Source: Lama guanicoe (Eukaryota). Taken from it: a stretch of 64,000 bases of DNA. The position numbers and the translations under genes were made by a program. Location of the stretch: contig MU056000.1 of the NCBI GenBank assembly GCA_013239625.1, positions 13,095,175 through 13,159,174 on the forward strand, given 5' to 3'. Below are positions 52,259 through 64,000 of this stretch, piece by piece (the stretch's first letter is position 1; each line of letters starts with the position of its first letter). The notes below the pieces were generated by a model that saw only the letters and a program-made list of their open reading frames with translations, was not told where the DNA came from and did no database searches.

Positions 52259-53887
52259 GTAGGAAAAAAATATCATTTCTGAAATTGTACTTTCTTCACT
52301 TATTCCTCCATTAGGTATGGAAATAATTTTGAAACAATTTGTTGTCACTGAAATTTGTTTACCATCAAGGGAGAAAGGCTGTATGTAGTCTCTTTAGAAG
52401 CATCTTTAAAAGCAAAATGAGCACACTGCTGTGATGTGCCGGGCAAGCTGCTTTTCCAAAGTAATTAGAATTTCACTTTTTAAAACTTGCTGGTAAAGTG
52501 AATGTGATTAACTGGATATTATTAAACAGACATTAGACTACTGATCAGGAAAGCTGTATTTCTTAATCCATGGTTGAATATATTATAGTATAAAATTAAT
52601 GATATGCTTGAACTGGCGGATTCCACTCTGCATTTATAATTTCAGTTCATTAGAATGATTTAAAAACTAAAGCAAAGGCAATTTTTTCTTTTAACAAGAA
52701 GGCAACAAACTCCTGGATTGTTGTCAAAGATAAAGTCACGTCCAACTCTTGTAACCTAGGTAATTTTCTCACTGTTGGCAGACACTGATACCAGTTAATA
52801 CTGTAAGCTTTTTTCTAACATTATCATTTAAGACAATAATTTTTGAAAGAAACTGGAAATGTAGAAGACATAGTGGTGGAATGCTTTTTGCCCTTTGAAA
52901 AAGGTCACTTAAAAAGAATGTAACGTTCTGAAATGTAAAGTGTGTAGGAAGTTCATCAACCATATTAACAGAAAGTTGGTTGGTAATGAATTTGAAAATA
53001 AGTATCTTAAGAGATGTTTTTCCCCCTTATGCTCTTCTTTTTTTAACTTGTTTTTTTCAGATTTTGTTTGTTTCTGGTTTTGTTTTGTCTTATTGTGAAA
53101 ATGCCAAAATGCATATGTGCAGGATAAACTCTAAACCACACGGTTATCACCCATCCTGAGGCAGCATGGGGCTAGCGCCCCAAGAGGCTCTGTGTTATAC
53201 ACATTCCTTTTCAGACGTAACCATAATCCTTGCTTTCATGATATCCATTTCCTTGCTGTTCTTTATAGTTTTGTTTACCCTGTTTTGGAACTTAAAACAA
53301 ATTTAATAATACTATAGCTTCGTCTCTGTGTCTTACTTCATTTGTTCAGAATGTTCTGAAAGACTTAGCTATGTGATTCTTGCAAAAGTTCTTTATTTCC
53401 AATGAGTGAATACTTTCATAATGTTTGAAAATACACACATTAAGGTAAATATTCTGCTGTTATGTGTATATATATATAATATGTATAGATATTATATATA
53501 CATACACATTGGGAAACAGCTGTCTTATGATTTTTCTCTCTAGGAAGGAAAGAAAACATGACATAATCTTATCTTCATGTAACCATGTTGGTAATAGAAG
53601 TTCTGATACACAAACAAATTATTTTGCTCAGTGATAAGTGCCCACGTAAGAGATACGTTTGACCCCTAGTTTAGAATTGCTGGTGGTAAATGAACCTATT
53701 ATCTGTGGATTTATAGGGCATGATCCCTGAGAAAATTTTATATGAACTCTGTAAATATCTGGAGATTAAGTGAAAATGTTTCATCACTTAAAGTGCTTCC
53801 TTCTTGTGAGAAAACTGTCGTCCTCATTCAGGTAACTCATCTTCTTCCTCAACAATCAACATGTGTCTGATGAAGAAAATATCTGGG

Positions 53888-54142
53888 AATCTTGAGCTCC
53901 CAATTTATCCCAGATATTAACTACTGTATAAAAAATTGGCAAACAACAAGTTTTTACTGTAGAGCACAGGGAACTATATTCTATATCTTGTAGTAACCTA
54001 TAATGAAAAAGACTATGGAAACAAATAGATGTGTGTATATGTTTGACTGAAACATTATATCATACACCAGAAATTGGCACATCATTGTAAACTAACTATA
54101 CTTCAATTGAAACAATAAAAATATTCAAAAAATTAAAAAAAA
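53888..54142 (+). mobile_element. 5'-truncated L1 with short 5' inversion
   Basis: Sense 3' UTR from 53912 to the A-tail, preceded by 24 bp of the adjacent upstream L1 sequence in reverse orientation; imperfect TSD aaaatatctggga / aaaaaatctgagga. Confidence 0.88.
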
Positions 54143-55430
54143 AATCTGAGGAGCTATATGGGTTCTCTCTCTACTTCTCCAGAGCTTCTTGAGTGTGAGC
54201 ATCCTAGAAATTATTTGTAACATATGTCATTGGGTGATATCTTTGATTCGCGTGGGTCTGATTGTCACAATCTTATTCTTTACATTAGCTCAAGGAGAGA
54301 CACTGCTACTGAGCCTGCACATGTGTATGCCAGCTGCTGTGGAGTTAGCTGACAATGGTTTCATGGCTGCACCTGCTCTGCTGAATTGCCTCTGGCCAAT
54401 GGGGGTCACTTTGCCTGGAGATACGTGGATGGAATGACATCCCATACCACCCTAAAGATTCTCTCACTCACCATATCCTCTTGAAACTTTCCTTCATATT
54501 CAGGCTTATAAGTTCTCCTCTTTGTCTCCTTCTGCTCTCCCTCAAATTGCTAGGTAGAGTAAATTATCTTCTCTGACTTTGTCCTTTCCCCTTTCCCCCT
54601 TTAAGCCAGCTTCTTGCGTCTGTTTCTCTGCATAAGGCTTACTCGTATTTTCTACAGCTGATTCAGGAGTAGTTCGTATTAACTGGGTAATTAATAGTAA
54701 TTGGTAATTGCACTGAGAGTAATTGGAAATAATAATTGAGAATTATTTTGCCTTCTTTCTAAGTGTAATGCTATTGTATATTTCATATTCATGTGTTTGG
54801 CTAATTTTTCGATCAACGTCCTCATGTTTTAATTACTTTGTAAGAAGGCTGCATAAAATAGACTTTAATTCTATGCTATAAATCTCCAAAATAGCCCCTT
54901 ATTTTCTCCCTACAGTGATCAATGTTGAACATTCTATGTTGCTTCCTTTTTCTTCTTTGTGTTTTTCACATATGTAAGTGTACTGGAAGACGCTCATGTA
55001 GGCATTTGAATTTACAGAGGAAGTGACCTTCAGTATCCTTGTGTTCCCTCATATTCCCGACCTTCCTTGCAGTCTGGCTGACCATGGATTCATTCTTGTA
55101 AATGGAATGAGCAAACTAGCATATTCCACTTCCAGGTGCTTCACTGGAAGGAAAGTTCTCTGAAATGGTGAAACCACACAAAGGAAACAGCCCAGCAGGC
55201 AGGCCAGGAGAGCTTGCCGTCCATCCGAGTGGCACCTGGGAGGGCACACAGAACCCTTTCCCTGTGCTGGGACTCCAGGAGTGAGCGTTTAAAGCAAATA
55301 CCTGCTCATTCAAACTACAGGTCAAATGGGAATTTTCACAGCCTTTGAGAGATGGCAATGATTATGAGAATTAAATGTATAGGTCCTCTTGTTTCCCACC
55401 ATATGATAAATGCATATGTGGCCATAAATG

Positions 55431-55896
55431 TGTAGTCGAGCAAGACCCTGTGTGTTTTCCAGGGTCAGACCCCCTCCCCCATCTTCTCTGCGTCAGCTCC
55501 TCTCTGGTAATAGTACCTCAAGTATATTTCCTGAGATTTTCAGATGCTAAAAACTACCACCAAAGGGAAAAAAAATTAGCTACTTGATGATGGAGAGCAA
55601 GTGACTCCCAGACCTTCTGGGGCCCAGAGGTTGATAGTGTTGACTGCCCTGTTCCCTCTGTATCAACCAGTGAGAGGGCTGTGCACGAGCTGATCATGTA
55701 CCTGCAACCCTCCTCCCTCACCTGCCTTTAAATATGCTTTGCTGAAACCCTTTGGGGAGCTCAGAGCTTTTTTTTGATCATGAGCCACCTTGTTCTCCTC
55801 GCTCGGCCCTGCAATAAATCTTTCTCTACTCCAAACTCTTTCTCAGTTTGTTTGGCCTCATGGTGTGCTGGATACATGAATTTGCCTCTGGTAACA
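55431..55896 (+). mobile_element. ERV1-type solo LTR
   Basis: TGTA...TAACA termini, TATA-like 'ctttaaata', poly(A) signal 'gcaataaa'; an old L1ME-like fragment follows to ~56210. Confidence 0.85.
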
Positions 55897-56218
55897 AGTC
55901 TGCAACACAGAGATGAATGACAGGATGTTTGTTTCAGCTCTACTTGTAGTGATATAATGGAAACAAAATGAATGTCTTTAAATTAATTGTTTAAATACAT
56001 TTGAATATATCTATACTGTGGAATAGTCTGCAACCACTAAAATAATGGATTTCATTTTTAACGGCTTAATAGGAAAATTATATTTTAGGAATTTAGAAAA
56101 TGAAGGCACATATAAAGAAATCATATCATACATCTATAGCTGCCTAAGTCATATTGTGTGTGGCGACTATATGATTGCAGGTAAAGGGGACAGAAGATGC
56201 AAGTCAGATTGCTGAAAC

Positions 56219-56768
56219 TGTTACCTCAAAAGGTAAAGACTCTGGTTCTCGTCATACCCCAAAGACAAGTTTACAGTCAGGATACGGTGTGTTGTGTAGA
56301 GAAAGATTCTGAAAGATTTAGTTAAGAAAAGGAAAAGTACACCCCCAAGAACAGGAGGGGGGCTGGTCCAAGGGAGGAAAAGCAGTGGTTTCTGTCTCCC
56401 CTTCTCTTACACCCTCACCTAGAGGCGGTCTCTTGATTGACTGACAGCTCTCATCCCTGGAGGGCTTAGTCATGTTTGGCCCCTTTGCACGTGTCCTTAC
56501 CCACAGTGTACAGAGAAAAACTCACTGCAGTTGGGGGGGGGGCTAAATCGCAATGTTAATTATGCTGCATGAGCATCGGATCGTGTCTGGTTAAGTCTTT
56601 TCTGCTACCACACAGTCATGGCTGTCGGGTTCCAAATGGTTTCTTGCTGGCACTCATTTAGAAGTAAAGTCCCTTTATGCTGGAGTTGGGCATAACACCG
56701 TCTTCCAGACCATCCTCCCTCTCCTCCATCTATCTGCCCAGTAACCCCCCTTATCTAACCAGCCAACA
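56219..56768 (-). mobile_element. ERV1-type solo LTR, 550 bp, with perfect 4-bp TSD
   Basis: TGTT...AACA termini; aaac at 56215-56218 and 56769-56772; orientation inferred from internal motif order. Confidence 0.85.
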
Positions 56769-57254
56769 AAACTCGGAGGAGCAAAAAGGAAAGGCTGAAA
56801 CACAGAGGCAAAAAGGGGACAGTGTTATGGCGATAACTCTAAATTAGTGCCTACATAAAAGATGGATAGAAAGTATATGAGCGAGAGAGTGGGGGAGCAG
56901 GAAGGAAGGGATGAGGGAAGAGGGAAATATAAAATAACTGAACAATATATTTCTTGAAACAAAGCATTAAGAAACTAAGCTCTTGAAGTGGTTCCATGAA
57001 CTTGGCTTTGCATGCGTAGCTGAGGGACTCACAAGAGACTCCTCATACAGGAGAGAGAAACACACAGGTATTTAATAAAGAGCATACAATACATTTTCAG
57101 GAGGTTCCTCTTATTTATCTTCTTGGGTTTTTCATCATTTCATGGAGGAAAGAATATGCTTCTAAAATCACTAATCTCAGACTTTCTCCTTGTACTGATA
57201 AATTTTCCTCCTCGAATAAAACAGATTGGATGATAAATATCTCTGCGACCCCCC

Positions 57255-57575
57255 TCAGGCTGCACTAACAAAACATCACAGGTTAGGTAACTTATAAATA
57301 ACTGAAATTCCTCATCATTCGGAAGCGTGGAAGTCAGCATGGTTAAGTCAGAGCCCTCCCCCTTTCTGTGTTGTGAACTTCTCACTGTATCCTCTCTGGG
57401 CAGAAGGAGGCCAGGGAGCTATGTGTGGTCTCTTTTATAAGAACACTAATCTCACTCATGAGGGCTCCATGCACACAGCTGAACTCCCAAGGACCTTACC
57501 TCCTAATACCGGCAAATTGGGAATTAGGATTTCAACGTATGAATTTTGGGTGATACAAACATTTGGACCATAGTA
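57255..57575 (-). mobile_element. MLT1A/A0 MaLR LTR
   Basis: 'tctcttttataagaacactaatctcactcatgagggctcc...ggatttcaacgtatgaattttggg...aaacatttggaccatagta'. Confidence 0.88.
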
Positions 57576-57723
57576 AATGTATTCAACAAAATATGCAACA
57601 TCTGTTCTCTGCTTCTTGAATGATGTCTTCCTTTGGGTTGACCATTTTAAAATATACTTACCAATTTATTTCATTCTTGAAAGCAGAAATAGATTTCTAT
57701 TCATGAATTTGTCTGGCATTTAA

Positions 57724-59320
57724 CCATTCATCATTTATTTATTGGGTACCTGTCATGTTGGACTAGGACTCTGCATGGGAGAGAAAATATTCCAGGTAAG
57801 GAAGACTATAAATAAATTCTTGTAAATCACCAGGTAGTGATAGATAATATCAATGAAGTACAATAGGGCATAGACATGAGTACCCTCGATGGGGAGACTG
57901 CTCCTGTTTATGTAGGCTGGTCAGGGAAAGCCTCTCTTATAAGATGAATTTAGCAGAGACATAAAGGTGGGAATAAGTAAACCACAAGGACTTCCTGAGA
58001 AAGAAAATTTCAGGAGGCAAAAACCACTCATTCGAAGGTCTTCTGTTAAGAGATTACTTGGCCATTATGGCTGCAGCAGAGTGGGCTGTGGGGAGATTTG
58101 AATGGCATGAGGTGTAAGAGATCATAGAGTGGTAGTAGATAAAAATAAGACTTTTGGGGTCATTTGAAGGACATTGTGTCTTAATCCCAGAAGAAATCAC
58201 TGAAGAGTTCGTTGTGGAAAGAATATGAGCCAACATGTTTTAAATCAGCCATTCTGGCTGCTGTATTGATGACACAATATAGAAGAGCTCATGTGAAAAC
58301 ACAGGGAGAAATATTTGTAGTTATATAGCACAGATGCGTTAGAGGCTTGTCCTGGGGTGGCAGCATTGACAGTGCTGGGAACTGTCAAGGAATGATTGGC
58401 TTCTGGATATTTTCTGAAGGTATACATCATACATTTTTGATATACTGCATACAGGCTGGCAGATTAATTTAGGAAGCAAAGCTTATTTTAAGGATTTGTA
58501 GACTGGCAGCATCATACACTCTGAAGGAAAATATTGTGAAATTACTGATTTTGGAAGGAAAGCAGTACTGTTATATGTATAAAGTGTGAAGATGTCTATT
58601 AGTTCTGAAACCTATTAAGGAGCTGAGTCTGTAAATCAGAATAGAGTTGATTGAAGAAAATAGAGAGATGATTTTGAAAGTCATAGAGTGGATCGTAAGT
58701 AGAGATGAGAAGGGGGCTAAAGACTATGCCCTGGGGCATTCCTGTGTTGAGAATTTGGAGAGGTGAAGAGATACCATGAAGCAAGAATGGGGACCCTTGT
58801 CCACTGGGGGGAGAATAGAACCAAGAGAGTGTGTCATTCTAGGAGTCCAGTGAAAAGAATTCTTTCTAGAAGGAAGCACTAAACCATTGGTTCTGAAACT
58901 GCTGATAACTTCAATAAAATATGTATTGAGAACTGAACATTAGTTTTAATGTGGAGATTATTGGTGAGGTTGACGGAGGCAGTTTTGGTATTCTGATGGA
59001 GCAAAACCTGATTTAAGTGAATTTAAGAGAACATAGGAGGAGAGGAAATGTATACAACAGTTACATAGAACTATTGTGAGATTTGATTGTAAGTGGGAAG
59101 AAAAATGGTGTGGTAGTATCAGATGGTAGAGTCAGAAAGATTTTTTTTCTTAGTATATGATAGTAAAACATGTTTGAAATGCTCATGTGACCAATTTGGT
59201 TGAGTGAGAAAAACTGATGAGGCTAAAGAGAGAAGCTAATTGCTGGAGCAATGCACTGGGGGAGAGAGATTGGGTCCCATGCACATCTAGAGCAAATGAC
59301 CTTTGACCAGAGTAGGATGC
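57724..59320 (-). mobile_element. Long L2 (L2a/b) remnant
   Basis: L2 tail 'ccattcatcatttattt', then 'ggtcagggaaagcctctc', 'ttctggatattttctgaaggta', 'gagagtgtgtcattctaggagtccagtgaa', 'attgagaactgaacattag'. Confidence 0.85.
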
Positions 59321-62300
59321 ATTGGGTTTGGAGTCCATCACCTCTTACTGAATATTTTTAGCATCCACCTTTCAGATTTGGTGCTTAAGGGCTTATTACT
59401 CTAACTCCAGTTGTTTTCCAGTGAACTAGCAGTCCAGAGAGTGAGAGCTGGAATTATGGATACTTGCATCCAAAGGGATTCATTTTCTATACCCTTGATG
59501 AAGCTTCTGTGCCTAGGAGCCACCATCAGTGTCCATATTTCTCTTTGTAGGTGCTCATATACTGTGTTTTATTTTACATGTCCTATATGGCCTGGTGTGG
59601 TTGCCAGGTCTGTCAGTACATTAAGAGCTTCATTTCTAAATCTTGTGGCCCCAACACCTTTAACACACTTAGTTTCTGTGTATTCTGTTTGAAGTAGATC
59701 AATACCAATTGATCCAAAGATCCACTTTTGTCCTCAAGACCTTGAGCCTCTGAATAAAAGAGATGGTGGGCTCTTACTGATCACTGAATGAAGAGGGGTC
59801 CAACTGAGCTACTGTATTTTCTCTTCCTCAGGGCACCATGTTTATTAGAGGTTAACTTCTCCCTTTTCTTGTGTTTTATTTATTTTTTGACATACATATG
59901 TCATAGTTTTCAGACTGATTTCTTCTCTGCCGACCTTTTTATTCCTCTGGTCATTTAAAGTGGAATCAGGAAGAGTTGGAGGAGATCATGGGATTATGAT
60001 CCTTGGGTGATGTCTTTATTTTCCAGGAATTCCAAAGTATGGCTTTTGAAGTTTAAATAAATCTCAACCTTAAATGATTTCTCATGACTGATAAAAATAA
60101 AACCTTGCACAATTTGACGCCAGTGCAGTTTCAGATCCTTCTCTCTCATTTGTATTTCTATAAACTCTGGGTTCTAGTAAAGCTATTCTTTCCCTCTTGA
60201 AGTAAATAAGACAAATCTTATTTCCTCAAATGTCTACCATTTATTTTATACAAACAATTCTGCTGAATTGCCAGGCTCATTTATTTTTATAAATGTGATC
60301 AGGCAATTTTGTCTCGATCTCTGAATCAGTAATTAATCTTTCCTCCCTCATGTTCCATTACTCAGATTAGGATGAAAGTTAGGGTGTTTGTGGCTTGTGT
60401 GGTTCCACTTCCTTGTGTGCACATATGTTCATACTGAAAGGACTGTAGGCATAGAGCTTATTTATTACTTAGGTGAATTTCTGTCACTTCCTTGTAACAC
60501 TCTCAAGCTAAACATCTCACTATAAGCTTTATTTTTCTTCTAACCTTTTTTGGGGGGGTAAAGATTAGCGAATATTTCTTGTTTAATTTTTTTCCACCCA
60601 AAAAACTTAGCCCTCACTCTAACAAAGAGGAAGAATTTCATCAACGTTTGTTGAATGAGACTTCTGGATATTTTGTTTTAACCTGAGTTAAAGGTTACAG
60701 TGGTAAGAACACAAGAGATTCTGGGTGGTACAAAACATCCAGAATTTGAGCAGGAAATACAGATGCAAACAAATGGTTCTTTGGATAGTATTAGATCATC
60801 AGATTCTACCAGGAAAAATAGTAACTTTTTCAGTGAGAGTATCACCAATTGTTCTGAGTCTCATATTTGTTGTTTTCCTAGACCTCAGTTCTGCTCAGTT
60901 TATTTAGCAGCATTTTATCATAATTCTAATAAATATATACTCATGATGAAAATATTCAATAAAGTTTAAATAAATCAACAAGTTGTGTTGTATAACATTC
61001 AAGCAATGAATCTAAATGTGCAAAGCATTTTGCCTACTTGACATAATCACCTTTTTTCTTTTTTTATGCAAATGAGATCACAAAGTGCATCAAAGCCACC
61101 AACAATTAATTCCTACAAGACCACAGGGACTTTTGAAGTTGCCCACCGGCAGATTTTTGTACAATGATTCCTCTCTTTGAAAGAATATTGATTTTCCTCA
61201 AGATTCTTTATAGTCTTAACAGAAAATAAGCTATTAGTTTAGGAAAATAGGAAAATTACATTCTTGGATAATTTGTATGTACGGAATTAGTTCTATGAAA
61301 GGAGAAAATCAATGCTACAAATCTATTATCTTTATTTAGAGAGACAAAGAAATCCTTCAATCAATAGTTGTTAGTTTTTCATCTCTGCTTTTTTACTGCT
61401 GTGACATCTTTATAAAACCCACTGCCTTTTCACTCACGGCATCAACCGCTCTTTATTAGACGACAGTGTTTTACGGATGCTGTAAGTTAATTGTGTCAAT
61501 GTTTGAACTTAAGAACTATAATTAATACAATGCTTTGACTTCCCCGTAGGCACAGGTGTTCCTGGTTATAAAAACGAAATGCTGTGATTAGTTTTGTAAC
61601 TGAGAAGCAAACTTCGTAACAATGAAATGCTTAGAAACTCTGAATAGAATGACAATTACTTTGTGAAAAATATAACTTTTAATATAGCAGGAGAGAGGAA
61701 GAAAACACTGCTGTAATGATTATTGGATCCAATATTTGACACAAGTTGCATTTGAATTGAATTTAAGTAGATTCAAGAATATTAAAGGAAAAAGTATCTT
61801 TAAAAGCTTACTTCACAATAATATGGGGAAAAAAGTGAATTCATTGAACAATATGCCATCCAAAATGGAAAAAGAAATTAAACAGTTGTGCAAATTATTT
61901 TTTAATTGAATGACAGTGGTTAGTTCATACTCTCCTACACATAGGATCTCAATGGAAGTTTAAACATTTCTACTCATATATCTTAAAAATTCAGAAAACC
62001 AGGGTCTTTCTAAAGAATGAATGTGATTTCAATACCAGAAGAAATAACATCCAAAGTGGATTTTGTAAAAATACAGTCTCCACTTAAAATTATTTCCGTC
62101 TATCAAAAGGAGCTAGAAAAATTTTCGAGATTTTTTTGGTTTGATTATTTGATTTTTTTTTTTTTTGCTTTTTTGTTTGTGGTGGTGGTGGGTAAGATGG
62201 AGTCATTTTTCTTCCTCATTTTTTCTTCATCTCTCTATGTTTAACTTAAAAACAAAAATCACACACACGAAAGATTTGGACAACAAAAATAAAACCTTTA

Positions 62301-64000
62301 TTCCAGTGATAAGCTACAAATCAGAAATGCTATGTTTGAAAACTAATGTACAAGAAGTTTCTTGGTCTGTATCTGAAGTTCTGTAGGCCAAAGACTGTTT
62401 ATTATGATTACTTTCTCACTTTTTTTTTTTTTTTTAGCTGACAGAGAGCTGATTGGCTCATGTAATTTTTCCTCCACCTACACTTAAATTCTGAATCTGG
62501 TCAGGGAGGCACTGCACATTTTCTGTAACACCCTGCTGGTAATTGAAGAATTGAAGCATGCTACACCTGAGCGAAGAGCCCCGGAGCCTTGAGCCAGCTG
62601 TCATCATCCCGCCTATGCTGGGTGAATTGTCCCTCTATTTGGAAGCTATATTTCAAAGATTGTGCCTTGGATGTAGGTAGTATCTGATCAAAGACAAATG
62701 GAGCATCCTAAAGGAAAAAGGCATACCCAGTGTACCATTTACTGTAACAGATTTCCAGCCTTTTTCTCTGGGTATTTTTCAGGAAATAGCAGATCCTCAA
62801 AAAAAAAAAAAAATCCCATATAAAGTAAGTAATAATGAGAATGAAGGCAGCATGGGACCTTGATGGATAATGCTAATATTTAATAACATATTAACTGGAA
62901 AATTTTTAAAAAGCAGGAAATAAGACACTAAACTAAGTACTATGAAATCGAGTAGAAAAAAAATTGAACAAATATATTTTGGAGATCATCACAAGGAAAT
63001 TACTAAAATAAGATCCAAAATTGAATCTTAAAAAGAGAATTTGTCTCTAAAGTCCAGGAGTCTTTCAAAGGGGGGAAGTGCTCATCCAGAGGAGGCACTC
63101 AATTTCCGTGTCCTCAACTTTCATGTCTACTGCTTCCTGAATTCTCTACTTCTCTGACTCTCTCTCTCCCTCAGACTCATTGCATCCAGGAAATGTTCTT
63201 ACACTTTGGTTTTTTTTTTTTTCTCCTGAGTCTGCAAGGTCAATCTTTAAAGTATGGGTTAGATATACAATATAATTATCAAGTTTTGATTTGCGGATTT
63301 TTCCTGTTGTGCAGTAAACTACAACCCCCTAGGCACCTGTTTTTCTGCTCCCCTTAGTTACCACTGGCTGAGCATCTTTGGGAATCTGTGCAGTCAATGG
63401 CCTTGCAGGAGCCTGCTTCTTTCAAGGCATCCTGAGATATCTTAATGTTGAAATATGATTGTTTCACACAAAATGCAGTTTGCAGGGTATTAGCTTTTGA
63501 GGAATGCTTTATTGCAAAACTGAAGTGTGATTATTGCTGCTGTTTTAGCCAAGAGTGCTTTTGTTTAAAGCGCCTGCTGCCCTGGTCCCTGGATGATACA
63601 TATTTATACAGTGTTCCGTAAACTTTAAGAAAAGAGCAGTGTTTTCATGAAATACATTTAACCAGGCTTTGTTGCTTCTGGGAAGGAAATTAGGGTATCA
63701 TCTGTGATTCTCTTCACATGAAAGCAGAAAGTGCAAAGGATAATCTTTGTTTGATACGGAGTATGATAATAATTGTTTTCCGAAACCAAAGTGTTTGAGT
63801 CTGCTAAGAGACTCTTGAAAAATGGGAATAAATATGTTAATGTTTGTAGAAACAGCTTGTGCTCTAATAAAAAAAAAAGAAATTCTTGAAAATGTTATAA
63901 ACTTGCTTTTGAAAAAGAAACCCTGAATAACTAGTTCAAGTTCAAGAGTTATTAAATATTTCCATGAAAAATTAATGGACAAATGCTTGTATACATGCAT

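Noticed and set aside
52327..52343. 17-bp exact match to 6907-6923 (ttttgaaacaatttgtt)
   Set aside because: About one such match is expected by chance in 64 kb of AT-rich DNA, and the flanks do not align
1..64000. CRISPR array, operon, non-retroviral endogenous viral element or other novel multi-gene system
   Set aside because: No regularly spaced direct repeats, no long ORFs and no viral-like peptides recognised; the content is explained by mammalian transposon fossils and unique non-coding DNA. Highly decayed viral fragments cannot be excluded without TBLASTN

Overview
This is AT-rich eutherian nuclear DNA, almost certainly camelid (Camelus/Vicugna/Lama). The diagnostic element is a tRNA-derived Vic-1-type SINE at 22542-22700, and the many artiodactyl-type L1 3' ends fit. 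I find no recognisable protein-coding gene, functional RNA gene, CRISPR array or other prokaryote-type system; the window reads as intergenic or deep-intronic. The supplied ORFs are chance ORFs or transposon remnants; the only one I recognise is a decayed hAT (Charlie1) transposase C-terminus at 44823-45134. Much of the window is fossil mobile DNA: old L2, MIR, CR1/L3, L1M, MaLR/ERVL LTRs, hAT elements, several ERV1-type solo LTRs and younger 5'-truncated L1s with readable target-site duplications (TSDs). The best-supported oddities are mechanistic: an L1 3' transduction of an LTR fragment, a tiny twin-priming inversion, a SINE with a duplicated tail and a fold-back template-switch scar. More speculative candidates are an unidentified retrocopy, a dense TCF/LEF motif cluster, a HOX/CDX-like motif cluster, convergent exon-like units and a CpG-rich patch inside an old LTR. 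I see no evidence for a new biological system. Repeat family names come from recalled consensus similarity, not a search, and boundaries without TSDs are approximate.
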